A DNA stretch of 64,000 nucleotides from an uncultured Peptostreptococcaceae bacterium (GCA_964484935.1 CAZAFW010000001.1:2649-66648), one strand, 5' to 3'; positions 28,794-39,234 are shown, numbered from the stretch's first letter. Made by a program: numbers and translations. The notes: generated by a model not told the origin, from the sequence alone.

Positions 28794-30125
28794 ATGCAAC
28801 AATTGAAATACCATATAAGAACATGGGGTTGCCAAATGAATGAACACGACTCCGAAAGGTATTCCGGAATGTTCAATCAAATGGGATATTTACAAGTCAA
28901 TACGATAAAAGACGCAGACATAGTCCTTTTCAATACTTGCTGCGTAAGGGAAAATGCAGAAAGGAAAGTTCTGGGCAACATAGGACGTCTTAAACATTTC
29001 AGAAAGAAAAAACCCAATCTCATAATTATTGTTGCCGGCTGCATGATGCAACAGCCTCACGTCATAGACATAATCAACAAGGATCTTTCTTTTGTCAATC
29101 TGATTTTGGGAACATACAATATACACCGTTTCCCTCAATTGCTCGAAAAAGCTCTCATAGAAAAACATTCGAAGCGTCCCTTGGTGGAAGTGTGGGACCA
29201 GGCAAAAAATGTAGTGGAAGGAATACCTTCCATAAGAAAATTCAAATTCAAGGCATTTGTCAACATAATGTACGGATGCAACAATTTCTGTTCCTACTGC
29301 ATAGTTCCATATACAAGGGGACGGGAAAGAAGCCGCAGAAAAGAAGCCATCTTGGAAGAAATCTCATCTCTTATAAAAGAAGGTGTTCTAGAAGTCACCT
29401 TATTGGGTCAAAATGTAAATTCATACGGGAAAGATTTGTATGAAAAATATGACTTTTCTGATTTGATTGGCGAAATAGACAAACTCGATGGAATTAAACG
29501 CATTAGATTCATGACCTCTCATCCAAAGGACGCCACCGAAAAGCTTATAGACACAATAGCCGCTTCCAACAATATCTGTGAAAATTTTCATTTACCCGTA
29601 CAATCCGGAAGCAATAAAATTCTGGAAAAAATGAACAGACATTACAGCAGGGAACAATATTTGCAATTTGCAAAAATACTTTATGATAAAATTCCGAATG
29701 TAACACTTTCAACCGATATAATAATCGGTTTCCCAGAAGAATCAGATTCAGATTTTTTCGAAACTCTTTCACTTGTAAAAGAAGTGTATTTCGACAATGC
29801 CTACGTTTTTCTATACTCGAAAAGGAGCGGCACAAAAGCCGCCGAATCTCCAAAGCAGATCCCCGAAAGTGTCAAACATGAACGTTTTGACAAAATTCTT
29901 TTAGAACTCAATGCTATTGCATACAGAAAGAATCTTGATTCTGTAGGCAATATTGAAAATGTTCTCGTAGACGGAATAAGCGAAAAACATCCCGAAAGCG
30001 TACACGGAAGAACCCGCGGCAACAAGATAGTAACATTTAAAGGGGATTCATCAATGATTGGAACCATTGTTCCTGTCCTCATAATTGAAGCAAAGAGGGC
30101 TTCATTGATTGGAGAAATCTGTTAA
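28794..30125 (+). CDS. miaB: tRNA-2-methylthio-N6-dimethylallyladenosine synthase
   Basis: UPF0004 N-terminal domain (TWGCQMNEHDSE), radical-SAM CNNFCSYC, and a TRAM domain. Confidence 0.9.
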   Translation: MQQLKYHIRTWGCQMNEHDSERYSGMFNQMGYLQVNTIKDADIVLFNTCCVRENAERKVLGNIGRLKHFRKKKPNLIIIVAGCMMQQPHVIDIINKDLSFVNLILGTYNIHRFPQLLEKALIEKHSKRPLVEVWDQAKNVVEGIPSIRKFKFKAFVNIMYGCNNFCSYCIVPYTRGRERSRRKEAILEEISSLIKEGVLEVTLLGQNVNSYGKDLYEKYDFSDLIGEIDKLDGIKRIRFMTSHPKDATEKLIDTIAASNNICENFHLPVQSGSNKILEKMNRHYSREQYLQFAKILYDKIPNVTLSTDIIIGFPEESDSDFFETLSLVKEVYFDNAYVFLYSKRSGTKAAESPKQIPESVKHERFDKILLELNAIAYRKNLDSVGNIENVLVDGISEKHPESVHGRTRGNKIVTFKGDSSMIGTIVPVLIIEAKRASLIGEIC

Positions 30126-30154
30126 TTTGCACATCGTTTTGAAAGGAGTCTTTC

Positions 30155-32776
30155 ATGGGAATTACACCTATGATGCGCCAATATCTTGAAATCAAAGAAA
30201 AATATGAAGACTATATACTTTTTTTCAGGCTCGGGGACTTTTATGAAATGTTTTTTGACGACGCGCTGACATGTTCAAAATTGCTGGAAATAACCCTGAC
30301 CGGAAAATCATGCGGGCTTGAGGAACGCGCCCCTATGTGCGGTATACCTTATCATTCAGCGGATAATTATATCCGAAAACTTATAAACATGGGACTTAAA
30401 ATAGCCATATGCGAACAAACCGGTGATCCAAAGCATTCAAAAGGAATTGTAAAAAGGGAAGTCGTAAAAATAATAACACCTGGAACAATAACCGATCCCG
30501 AAATGCTTGAGTCCTCCCTCAACAACTATATTTTTTCTATCACTGAAGGCCGCAACTCAATCGGGTTTTCTTATGTTGACATAACTACTGGCAAACTCCG
30601 AGTGACATCCTTCAAAGGAATTTCCCGCTACAAAGATGCTGAAAACGAATTGCTCAAGGTAAACCCCCGTGAAATTCTTATGGACCCTTCGTCACTGTCT
30701 ATAAGGATGGCTGATTTTATTCATTCGTCCATTCCCCAAGTCGTCGCAACCGACACCAGAATCCATACAGATTATGCAGAAGCCAAAAGAGTAATTGAAA
30801 AGCAATTCAATATAGTGTCAATAGACAGCCTTGGCATCTCCGGTGAAGACGAAATCATACGTTCTCTTGGCCGACTAGTGCATTATGTGGTCGAAACGCA
30901 AAAGGTGGACTTGCCTCATATAAGGAATGTCCAACACTACAGCCCTTCAGACTTCATGATTATAGACAATTTCACTGTCAGAAATCTGGAATTGTCCAAG
31001 ACCATCATGGGAGACAAAAAAAAAGGTTCCCTCTTGTGGGTCCTCGACAAAACTAAAACCTCAATGGGATCTAGAATGCTGTTCAAGTGGATTCACGAAC
31101 CCCTGTTGAACAAAGACGAAATAAATAAGAGGACAAGCATTGTAGAAGTCTTTTTCAATAATCTTCAAATGCGACATGAGGTCCGCGAAATACTTGAAGC
31201 TATTTATGACCTTGAAAGACTGACTTCCAAGGTTGTTTACGGTAACCTTAACGGCAAGGATTTGATTTCACTCAAGATTTCAATCAAGAAGCTCCCGGAA
31301 CTAATAGGCATATTGTCGAAACACTCATATTCAAATCCATTGTCCTCTCTTGCCGAATCTCTTGATCCTTTGATTGATATCCACGACATCATTGAATCGG
31401 CAATAGAAGAAGAACCCCCTGCCACAATAACCGAGGGCGGAATAATAAAGAACGGATACAATGAAGAACTTGATTCCCTGAAGGACATTTTGTCGAATGG
31501 AAAATCATATCTTGCTGACATAGAGGCGAGAGAAAGGGAATCATCCGGCATAAAATCATTGAAAATCAAATACAACAAGGTTTTCGGATACTATATCGAG
31601 ATTACAAAATCCAATCTACATCTTGTCCCTGGGAACTATGTCCGAAAACAGACACTTGTAAACGCTGAACGCTATATAACCCCTGAACTCAAGGAACTTG
31701 AAGACAATATAATCAACGCCGAAGAAAGAAGAAACAAATTGGAACAGACGATATTCCAAACAATAAGAAGCGAAATTCTCAAAAACGTCGACCGTCTTCT
31801 TAATACGGCCGAGGCAATTGCCAATCTGGATGTTTTGTCGAATTTTGCGCATGTTGCATACCACAACGGATATTGCAAGCCCCATGTGACCGACAGCGAT
31901 ATAATATCAATAAAGAGCGGCAGGCATCCGGTGGTTGAAAAAATTTCAAATACTGAAACCTTCATTCCAAACGATACCGAACTCGACAATTCCCATTGCC
32001 GTTTCCATATAATAACCGGTCCAAACATGGCTGGGAAATCTACTTACCTGAGGCAGGTTGCTTTGATTGCATTAATGGCTCAAATCGGCTCCTACGTTCC
32101 AGCCGAAAGTTCTTCAATTGGTGTTGTGGACAGGATATTCACCAGAGTCGGAGCTTCAGACAACCTTTCACAGGGGCAAAGCACATTCATGGTTGAAATG
32201 AGCGAGTTGTCCAACATATTGACAAACGCAACCCGGAAAAGCCTTATAATACTAGATGAAATCGGAAGAGGAACAAGCACATACGACGGATTGAGCATAG
32301 CATGGTCAGTAGTCGAATATATAAACAATCAGAAGCATATAGGGGCAAAAAGCCTTTTCGCCACCCATTATCATGAACTGACAGAACTTGAAGGCAGATT
32401 GGAAGGAATCAAAAATTACCTCATAACAGTACGCGAAATAGGCGACGAGATAATTTTCCTAAGAAAAATAAAGCGCGGCGGTGCAAACCACAGTTACGGT
32501 GTGCAGGTGGCGAAACTCGCGGGACTACCTTACAAAGTCGTAAACCGTGCAAACGAAATACTTTCCGAACTTGAAAACCATGACATAAACCGCAGTCACG
32601 AATCAATAATAAATTTGCAGGCAGATAATTCTAAAGAGATCCGTCAACTTGATTTCTTTAGCGACGAAAGACAAAAATTCATCCATTCCATTAAAAAAAT
32701 CGATACGAATGTTTTGACACCGATAGAGGCCATCAACCTATTGAACCATTTGGTTGAAGAATCTGACAAACTATAA
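30155..32776 (+). CDS. mutS: DNA mismatch repair protein MutS
   Basis: TPMMRQYLEIK, Walker A GPNMAGKST, and DEIGRGTSTYDG. Confidence 0.95.
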   Translation: MGITPMMRQYLEIKEKYEDYILFFRLGDFYEMFFDDALTCSKLLEITLTGKSCGLEERAPMCGIPYHSADNYIRKLINMGLKIAICEQTGDPKHSKGIVKREVVKIITPGTITDPEMLESSLNNYIFSITEGRNSIGFSYVDITTGKLRVTSFKGISRYKDAENELLKVNPREILMDPSSLSIRMADFIHSSIPQVVATDTRIHTDYAEAKRVIEKQFNIVSIDSLGISGEDEIIRSLGRLVHYVVETQKVDLPHIRNVQHYSPSDFMIIDNFTVRNLELSKTIMGDKKKGSLLWVLDKTKTSMGSRMLFKWIHEPLLNKDEINKRTSIVEVFFNNLQMRHEVREILEAIYDLERLTSKVVYGNLNGKDLISLKISIKKLPELIGILSKHSYSNPLSSLAESLDPLIDIHDIIESAIEEEPPATITEGGIIKNGYNEELDSLKDILSNGKSYLADIEARERESSGIKSLKIKYNKVFGYYIEITKSNLHLVPGNYVRKQTLVNAERYITPELKELEDNIINAEERRNKLEQTIFQTIRSEILKNVDRLLNTAEAIANLDVLSNFAHVAYHNGYCKPHVTDSDIISIKSGRHPVVEKISNTETFIPNDTELDNSHCRFHIITGPNMAGKSTYLRQVALIALMAQIGSYVPAESSSIGVVDRIFTRVGASDNLSQGQSTFMVEMSELSNILTNATRKSLIILDEIGRGTSTYDGLSIAWSVVEYINNQKHIGAKSLFATHYHELTELEGRLEGIKNYLITVREIGDEIIFLRKIKRGGANHSYGVQVAKLAGLPYKVVNRANEILSELENHDINRSHESIINLQADNSKEIRQLDFFSDERQKFIHSIKKIDTNVLTPIEAINLLNHLVEESDKL

Positions 32777-32789
32777 AGGCGGTGTATTC

Positions 32790-34655
32790 ATGCGAACAAT
32801 AAAAAAACTTGACAACGCTCTTATTTCAAAAATAGCCGCAGGAGAAGTAGTTGAAAATCCCGCTTCCGTGGTAAAGGAGCTGCTTGAAAATTCTATCGAT
32901 TCCGGAGCCAGTTCAATAACCGTTGAAATCGAAAAAGCCGGCAAGAAACTTATCCGCGTCACAGACAACGGATCGGGAATACCCGGTTCCGAATTGCATT
33001 TGGCTTTTGAACGGCATGCAACAAGCAAGCTATACAGCGAAAAGGACCTTTTCCAGATAAAAAGCCTTGGATTCAGAGGAGAAGCCCTTGCCAGCATAGC
33101 TGCCGTGTCGGAATTGGAAATCACTACAAAAACGGATCAAAATGATTTGGGGAAACGGGCAACCATGAATAACGGGGGCTTAATCGATATATGCGATATT
33201 GGCAGTAAGACCGGGACAACAGTCGTATGCAGAAATTTGTTCAATAAAATTCCTGCAAGGCTCAACTTTCTAAAATCCAACACCATTGAAACAAACAGGA
33301 TAATTGATGTGGTTAACCGGCTTGCTACCGCACAAAACCAAATTTCATTTAAACTTATATCTGAAAAGAAACACTTATACACTACTCCCGGCAACATGAA
33401 TTTATCAGATGCCGTTTACTCCATTCACGGAAAAGGAATAGCCGGCAATCTTGCCCGCGTTGACTATTTCCACCAAAATATGCATCTTCACGGATTGGTG
33501 TCCAATCTTCAAAACAGTCACTCAAACCGAAGCATGCAATCTTTTTATGTAAACGGAAGATGGATCAAAAGCCCCTTTTTATCTAAACTTTTAAATGGAG
33601 CTTTCTTTCACATTCTTGAAAAGAGAAGATATCCGGTATCCTTTCTTTTCATTGACATCCATCCTTCCTCGATTGATATCAATATAAGTCCAAACAAGAC
33701 CGAAATCAAATTCAAGGATGAAAAGTCTGTCTCCGATATTTTCAAGAGAGCATTTTCAGAGCTTATGGAAAACTATTCATGGATACCTGAAGAAAAAATT
33801 CACCCAAAGCCAAATTCATTGAAAATTGAAATTCAAAATGAACAATCCATCCATGAAAAGGCAACTTCCTATTTGGGATCTGAAGTAACCTTTGTCGAAA
33901 CAAATGAAAACATTTCGCCCCTCCCCTTCAATCAAACAAAAGACGACGACTCTAAAGGCGGACACCAGTCTTCATTCGAAGCCCTATTGTCTAATATTTC
34001 CATTGAAGGAGAGCCCGTGCGAAAAGAGAAATACCCAATTGAAACTCAAATGGAAAGAAAAAAGGATTATTTCAAAAACCTCAAGCTCATAGGTCAAGTT
34101 TTTGATTCTTATATAATATGCGAAGACCCGGTTACAGCTGAAATGATACTCATTGACCAGCATGCGGCACACGAAAAGATTATTTACGAATCATTCGTAA
34201 ATCAGTTGAGTGACAAGGACATTCTTTCACAGGTTTTGCTTGAGCCTTTCGCTCTCAATATGCCGGAAACTGAAAAGAGGCTTTTGCTTGAATCGCAAAG
34301 CTCCCTGCACTCTTTGGGTTTTGCAATAGAGGATTTCGGTCCCAACATGCTTTTAGTACGAGAGGCTCCATCCATTTTTCCCATGCAGACATCAATATCA
34401 TTCCTTGAGGAATTAAAGGACATGATTTTAAACACAGCGTCGGTCGACTCGATGAAATCCGAGGAAATGATTTACTCGATTGCTGTAAAAGCCTGCCATT
34501 CAGCAATAAGGGCCAATGACAGCCTTGAGAAAATCGAACTTGAAGCCCTGCTTTCAAACATGGACGGTTTAATCAATCCATATACTTGCCCGCATGGACG
34601 CCCGACAATAGTCCGTATAGGCGTAGAGGAGATTGAAAAATATTTTAACAGATAG
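32790..34655 (+). CDS. mutL: DNA mismatch repair protein MutL
   Basis: IAAGEVVENPASVVKELLENSIDSGA GHKL ATPase. The C-terminal DQHAAHEK motif indicates an endonuclease-type MutL. Start refined to the ATG at 32790. Confidence 0.95.
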   Translation: MRTIKKLDNALISKIAAGEVVENPASVVKELLENSIDSGASSITVEIEKAGKKLIRVTDNGSGIPGSELHLAFERHATSKLYSEKDLFQIKSLGFRGEALASIAAVSELEITTKTDQNDLGKRATMNNGGLIDICDIGSKTGTTVVCRNLFNKIPARLNFLKSNTIETNRIIDVVNRLATAQNQISFKLISEKKHLYTTPGNMNLSDAVYSIHGKGIAGNLARVDYFHQNMHLHGLVSNLQNSHSNRSMQSFYVNGRWIKSPFLSKLLNGAFFHILEKRRYPVSFLFIDIHPSSIDINISPNKTEIKFKDEKSVSDIFKRAFSELMENYSWIPEEKIHPKPNSLKIEIQNEQSIHEKATSYLGSEVTFVETNENISPLPFNQTKDDDSKGGHQSSFEALLSNISIEGEPVRKEKYPIETQMERKKDYFKNLKLIGQVFDSYIICEDPVTAEMILIDQHAAHEKIIYESFVNQLSDKDILSQVLLEPFALNMPETEKRLLLESQSSLHSLGFAIEDFGPNMLLVREAPSIFPMQTSISFLEELKDMILNTASVDSMKSEEMIYSIAVKACHSAIRANDSLEKIELEALLSNMDGLINPYTCPHGRPTIVRIGVEEIEKYFNR

Positions 34656-34678
34656 ATTTATCGGAATGGGGTATACCA

Positions 34679-35620
34679 ATGAATAAGATTATAATCGTGG
34701 CAGGTCCTACGGCAGTTGGCAAAACCGAGTGCGCAATCGAGTTGGCTGAAGATTTAAAGACCGAGATTGTATCCGCCGATTCAATGCAAATATACAAATA
34801 TATGGATATCGGCACAGCAAAGCCAACCTCGGAAGAATTGTCAAGAGTAAGACATCATATGATAGATGTCGCGAATCCACTCGACAACAATTATTCTGTT
34901 GCAGTTTACAAGCGGCAGGCAGAAGAAGTCATTCGAATGCTTCATGGACAAGGTAAAATACCTATAATTTCAGGCGGTACCGGCCTTTACCTCAGTTCAA
35001 TACTTTACGACATGGATTTTTCGAATGCGACATATGATCCAGAATACAGGAGCATGCTTCAAAAGTTGTCAAAAGAAAAAGGGAACGCATATCTTTACAA
35101 TCAATTGAAATCAGTAGATTCCGATTCTGCGGATATTATTCATCCCAACAATGTCAAAAGGGTCATAAGGGCTCTTGAAGTTCATCACGCTACCGGATTG
35201 CCCATAAAAAAATTTGCATCAGCTTTGAATCCCACACCAAAATACGAAACATTATTTTTTCGTTTGCATAGAGAAAGAACTCTGTTGTATGATAGAATCA
35301 ACTTGAGAGTTGAAGGAATGCTCGAGGCAGGATTGATTGATGAAGTGGTCAAATTGACCCAAATGGGCCTCACAGAAAAGCATATGGCAATGAAAGGAAT
35401 CGGATACAAAGAAGTTCTTGAGCATTTGTCCGGAATAACGGGTATAGATGAAATGAAATATAAAATCAAACTCAACTCAAGACATTACGCAAAGCGCCAG
35501 ATGACATGGTTCAGAAGATATAATGAAGCCATTCAAATCGAGATGGAAGCCTCAAAGACTTCAAATATGAATAAATTATTGGCAATAACAAACAAATTCA
35601 TCATAAATAACATTATCTAA
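34679..35620 (+). CDS. miaA: tRNA dimethylallyltransferase
   Basis: IVAGPTAVGKTE P-loop, and SADSMQIYKYMDIGTAKP. Confidence 0.9.
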   Translation: MNKIIIVAGPTAVGKTECAIELAEDLKTEIVSADSMQIYKYMDIGTAKPTSEELSRVRHHMIDVANPLDNNYSVAVYKRQAEEVIRMLHGQGKIPIISGGTGLYLSSILYDMDFSNATYDPEYRSMLQKLSKEKGNAYLYNQLKSVDSDSADIIHPNNVKRVIRALEVHHATGLPIKKFASALNPTPKYETLFFRLHRERTLLYDRINLRVEGMLEAGLIDEVVKLTQMGLTEKHMAMKGIGYKEVLEHLSGITGIDEMKYKIKLNSRHYAKRQMTWFRRYNEAIQIEMEASKTSNMNKLLAITNKFIINNII

Positions 35621-35638
35621 AGGGGGATATGAATCATT

Positions 35639-35887
35639 ATGAAAAATGTTCTAAACTTGCAGGATATAATACTCAATCAGACCAGAAAAGACAAAACTCT
35701 TCTTACGATTTTTCTTACAAATGGTTTTCAGTTGAAAGGCTATGTCAAGGGATTCGACCTGTACACAATTGTCATTGAAAACGATGGAAGCCAGCAAATG
35801 ATTTACAAGCATGCGATTTCAACGATAATTCCTTCAAAACGTATTAACTTGAACCAATTCATAAATACGGATTCGGATGAAGAATAG
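35639..35887 (+). CDS. hfq: RNA chaperone Hfq
   Basis: Sm1/Sm2 motifs: [41 protein letters not shown]...[11 protein letters not shown]. Confidence 0.9.
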   Translation: MKNVLNLQDIILNQTRKDKTLLTIFLTNGFQLKGYVKGFDLYTIVIENDGSQQMIYKHAISTIIPSKRINLNQFINTDSDEE

Positions 35888-35916
35888 GGATTTTTCCCAA
35901 TTTGTAATCCTTTCCC

Positions 35917-35944
35917 TTTAAAATTAGCAATAGTCATACATAAT
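35917..35944 (+). promoter_or_regulatory. Weak candidate promoter feeding the ynbB-like leader
   Basis: TTTAAA (35917-35922), 16-nt spacer, CATAAT (35939-35944). Inferred by eye only. Confidence 0.3.
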
Positions 35945-36009
35945 GCTGATTGGAGAATATTCATGACGGTTAAAATCAATGCGAGACCTGTGGTGGAATT
36001 TTCCAGTCC

Positions 36010-36037
36010 GAACGGCTTAAATGCCGTTCATTTTTTT
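36010..36037 (+). terminator. Intrinsic terminator 120 nt after hfq and 18 nt before the ynbB-like start
   Basis: GAACGGC-TTAAAT-GCCGTTC followed by ATTTTTTT. Confidence 0.75.
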
Positions 36038-36055
36038 GAAAGCGGGTGAAAAAGA

Positions 36056-37345
36056 GTGAAAAGAACAGAAATGCCATCCGAAACGCTTTTCGGGATAGGG
36101 GAAGATGTTCTTAAATTTATTAAAAAGTGCGAAAAAGAAATCCAGGGGCATTTTGAAGCACTTGCCGACACGAGGGCCTACAATCAATACAAGGTTTTAA
36201 AAGCTATGCAAAAAAATCGTCTTAGCGACACTGATTTCAACTGGAACAGCGGGTACGGCTACAACGAAAGCGGAAGAGATACTCTTGAAAAAATATATTC
36301 AGATGTTTTCGGTACAGAAGACGCTATAGTGAGGCCGATAATCGTCAACGGGACCCATGCCATTTCCCTCTGCCTAAGCGGAACACTCCGTCCCGGCGAC
36401 GAAATTCTTTCTGTAAGCGGTGCTCCTTATGACACTATCAGGACTCTTATTGGAATAAACGGTCCCAAAACATCCACTCTTTCAGAAATAGGAATACTTT
36501 ACAAGCAGGTTGAATTGACCAAGTCAGGCGATTTCGACTATGATTCGATATTGCAAGAGCTGAAATCAAAACCCAAAATGGTTTACGTCCAACGTTCAAC
36601 GGGATACGAATGGCGCAAGGCCATAAGCATAGACAAAATGCGGATTCTTGCGGAATTAATTAAAAGCCAATCAAGTGAAACCATATTGATGGTTGACAAT
36701 TGTTACGGTGAATTTCTGGAAAGGACAGAACCCACAGAAATCGGTTTCGATCTCGCAGCCGGCTCTCTCATAAAGAACCCGGGCGGAGGTTTGGCAATGA
36801 CCGGCGGGTATATAGTCGGCAAAGGCAAATTGATCGAACTCATATCGCACAAAATGACTTCCCCTGGAATCGGGAAGGAATGCGGATTGTCCTTTGGAAT
36901 GAACCGGCATTTTTTTCAAGGATTCTTCATGGCTCCGCATACTGTAACAGAAGCTTTGAAAGGAGCTCTGCTTTGCGCCTGCATGTTCGAAAAGCTCGGA
37001 TTCGCCACATTTCCTGGCCTTGCGGATGAACGAAGCGATATAATACAAGCCGTCAAATTGAATTCAAAACAAGCTGTAATCTGTTTTTGTGAAGCAATAC
37101 AAGCATCTTCGCCGGTGGATTCCCATGTGCGCCCGATTCCATGGGACATGCCCGGTTATGAAACACAAGTGATTATGGCTGCAGGAACTTTCATACAAGG
37201 CTCCTCTATAGAGCTTAGTGCGGATTCTCCATTGACGGCACCATATATAGCCTATTTCCAAGGCGGCTTGACATACGACCACGCAAGAATAGGTCTTATG
37301 AAAGCTTTGCAGAATCTTATTGACCAAAAGCACCTTTCGATTTGA
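36056..37345 (+). CDS. YnbB-like 'aluminium resistance' / methionine gamma-lyase family PLP protein
   Basis: 429 aa with the family-typical N-terminus (AYNQYKVLKAMQKNRLSDTDFNWNSGYGYNESGRD). Start is the GTG at 36056 or the ATG at 36071. Confidence 0.8.
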   Translation: MKRTEMPSETLFGIGEDVLKFIKKCEKEIQGHFEALADTRAYNQYKVLKAMQKNRLSDTDFNWNSGYGYNESGRDTLEKIYSDVFGTEDAIVRPIIVNGTHAISLCLSGTLRPGDEILSVSGAPYDTIRTLIGINGPKTSTLSEIGILYKQVELTKSGDFDYDSILQELKSKPKMVYVQRSTGYEWRKAISIDKMRILAELIKSQSSETILMVDNCYGEFLERTEPTEIGFDLAAGSLIKNPGGGLAMTGGYIVGKGKLIELISHKMTSPGIGKECGLSFGMNRHFFQGFFMAPHTVTEALKGALLCACMFEKLGFATFPGLADERSDIIQAVKLNSKQAVICFCEAIQASSPVDSHVRPIPWDMPGYETQVIMAAGTFIQGSSIELSADSPLTAPYIAYFQGGLTYDHARIGLMKALQNLIDQKHLSI

Positions 37346-37358
37346 CAAAAACCCATAT

Positions 37359-37404
37359 AAATAAAAGAGCCCTTGCGTCTTAAAACGCAAGGGCTCTTTT
37401 ATTT
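37359..37404. terminator. Bidirectional terminator between the convergent ynbB-like gene and lexA
   Basis: Long stem AAATAAAAGAGCCCTTGCGT / ACGCAAGGGCTCTTTTATTT with a 6-nt loop. Confidence 0.85.
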
Positions 37405-37417
37405 GCTTTTAATTTCA

Positions 37418-38041
37418 CTACATCAATCGAAAAACACCTTTTATCTTTCCAAGAACCATCAAGTCCTCTGTAACGATGATGGGGTTCATTGAGCTGTTTT
37501 CGGGTTGAAGACGTATATGGTCCTTTTCACGGTAAAAAGTTTTTACTGTTGCGGAATCGTCAATTAAGGCAACAACCATATCTCCGTTGTCTGCTTCCCT
37601 GGTCTGTTTGACAAGTACATAGTCGTGGTCATGTATTCCTGCTTCAATCATGCTGTCCCCGTTGACTTCAAGCATGAAATAATTTCCCTTTTCTACAAAC
37701 TGCTCGGGTAGAGGAAAGTGCCAGTCTATATTTTCAACAGCCAGAATTGGCGTGCCGGCCGCAACCGAGCCTACAACTGGAACCATTACCACATTTTCTT
37801 TTTCCTTGCCATCGATGTTGAGCTTTTGTTCGTTCAATTCAATGGCTCTCGGCTTGGTGGCATCACGTTTTATATATCCCAAATCCTGGAGGGTCACCAA
37901 GTGATTATGGACAGAAGAAGTGGATTTCAATCCAACTGCCTTGCATATTTCCCTTACAGAGGGCGGATATCCTCTTTTTTTTACCTCTTCGAGTATAAAT
38001 TCAATAATTTTTACTTGCTTGCCTGTCAAATCCTCATACAT
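37418..38041 (-). CDS. lexA: SOS repressor LexA
   Basis: [31 protein letters not shown] plus an S24 peptidase domain (VAAG cleavage site, [17 protein letters not shown]). Start refined to the ATG at 38041, 9 nt after GGAGGTG. Confidence 0.9.
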   Translation of the reverse strand: MYEDLTGKQVKIIEFILEEVKKRGYPPSVREICKAVGLKSTSSVHNHLVTLQDLGYIKRDATKPRAIELNEQKLNIDGKEKENVVMVPVVGSVAAGTPILAVENIDWHFPLPEQFVEKGNYFMLEVNGDSMIEAGIHDHDYVLVKQTREADNGDMVVALIDDSATVKTFYREKDHIRLQPENSSMNPIIVTEDLMVLGKIKGVFRLM

Positions 38042-38079
38042 AGATTTTCGCACCTCCGTTTGCAATTTTTACTTGATTG

Positions 38080-38109
38080 ATTATATCATAAAATTACACA
38101 CCGATGCAA
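38080..38109 (-). promoter_or_regulatory. Candidate lexA promoter
   Basis: On the - strand: TTGCAT (-35, 38104-38109), 18-nt spacer, extended -10 TGATATAAT (TATAAT at 38080-38085). Confidence 0.5.
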
Positions 38110-38120
38110 ACATAGGTTCG
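38106..38120 (-). promoter_or_regulatory. LexA (Cheo/SOS) box upstream of lexA
   Basis: The - strand reads CGAACCTATGTTTGC, against the Gram-positive consensus CGAAC-N4-GTTCG (one mismatch). It overlaps the -35 element. Confidence 0.75.
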
Positions 38121-38121
38121 A

Positions 38122-39234
38122 TTAATCATCTTCAAGCCATTCAAATTTTTTTATTATCTCGCGCTTCTGATCCTTTTTATGGGCAGAATACAATTGAGTT
38201 GTTGTCACGTTGTCATGATCGAGAAGATTTTTAACTTCATATATTGAAGCTCCCATCTCAATAAGCGATGTCGCCGCGGTAGCTCTGAGCTTATGCGGGC
38301 TGTAACCGTTTTCCTTCGTCGTACCCAATGCAATTGCAGTGTATTTCTTTACAATGTCTCTTATGGCCCTTTGTGTAAGCCGCTTCTTCTGCATTGAAAG
38401 AAGAAGCGCATCCTCTCCCTTGGGAGAATATGCCTTCCTTTCAATTTCTATATAATTTTTCAGTGCTCTCTCGACTGATTTATTCAAAGGCATTGCAGAT
38501 TCCTTGCCCCTTTTCCTGTAAACTAGGAATTCACCGCGGCTTATGTTGAACGACGAAACGTTCAGTTGTTGAAGCTCCCTGAGTCTCAAACCGTAAGTTG
38601 TGAACAAAATCAATATCAACATGTCCCTGTACTTTGTCTTTTCCCAATAAATCCTTTCCTTGTCAGACAAGCCTTTTCCACTCGCAACGCAATCGAACAT
38701 AATACGGGCCTCGTCGATATCAAGCCTTTTAATCGCATCAGGTTGCGGTTTTGGCAACTTTATAGGGTTGAAAGCATCAGTTATATTGCCTGGCATTATT
38801 TCTTCGCGATATAGGAATTTAAACAGCACGCTAAGCGATGATTTTTTCCTTGAAAGCGACCTGTTGTTGTTTTCCATGACTATCGGCTGATTTCCCTTTT
38901 CCAGCAAATAGCGCGAGCAATATCCGCCAAGGTACCTATTTACATCCTTTGCAGTTATTCGAATCATATGCTCAATGGGAATTTCGGCGATGGAAGAAGC
39001 ATCCGAAAGATTGCTTTCGTTTATCATATAATTTAAAAAAAATTTAATGTCGTTCAAATAGGCAAGCCTGGTGGAAACTGCGACAGAACCTTTCAAGTAT
39101 AGAAAAAAATCGTAAAGATAATCTGGAAGAAGCTTTTCGATTTCAAGGCATTCCTGAATCATGCCGTGTTCGTATGCGACTACATTGGTGGGTTTTGAGG
39201 ATTTGTTGTGTATTTTAAGTTTCTTTTCATGCAT
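38122..39234 (-). CDS. Stand-alone tyrosine recombinase (phage-integrase/Xer family) with an extended N-terminal SAM-like domain
   Basis: 370 aa. Catalytic residues are present: GLRLRE (Arg), HKLRAT (HxxR), and LDHDNVTTTQLY (His/Tyr). No phage or transposon genes flank it. Confidence 0.8.
   Translation of the reverse strand: MHEKKLKIHNKSSKPTNVVAYEHGMIQECLEIEKLLPDYLYDFFLYLKGSVAVSTRLAYLNDIKFFLNYMINESNLSDASSIAEIPIEHMIRITAKDVNRYLGGYCSRYLLEKGNQPIVMENNNRSLSRKKSSLSVLFKFLYREEIMPGNITDAFNPIKLPKPQPDAIKRLDIDEARIMFDCVASGKGLSDKERIYWEKTKYRDMLILILFTTYGLRLRELQQLNVSSFNISRGEFLVYRKRGKESAMPLNKSVERALKNYIEIERKAYSPKGEDALLLSMQKKRLTQRAIRDIVKKYTAIALGTTKENGYSPHKLRATAATSLIEMGASIYEVKNLLDHDNVTTTQLYSAHKKDQKREIIKKFEWLEDD

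Noticed and set aside
38122-39234. Tyrosine recombinase as a marker of a prophage or integrative element.
   Set aside because: The neighbours (purB, lexA) are core genes. There are no phage structural genes, excisionase genes or nearby tRNA genes, no obvious att-like direct repeats, and no compositional shift.
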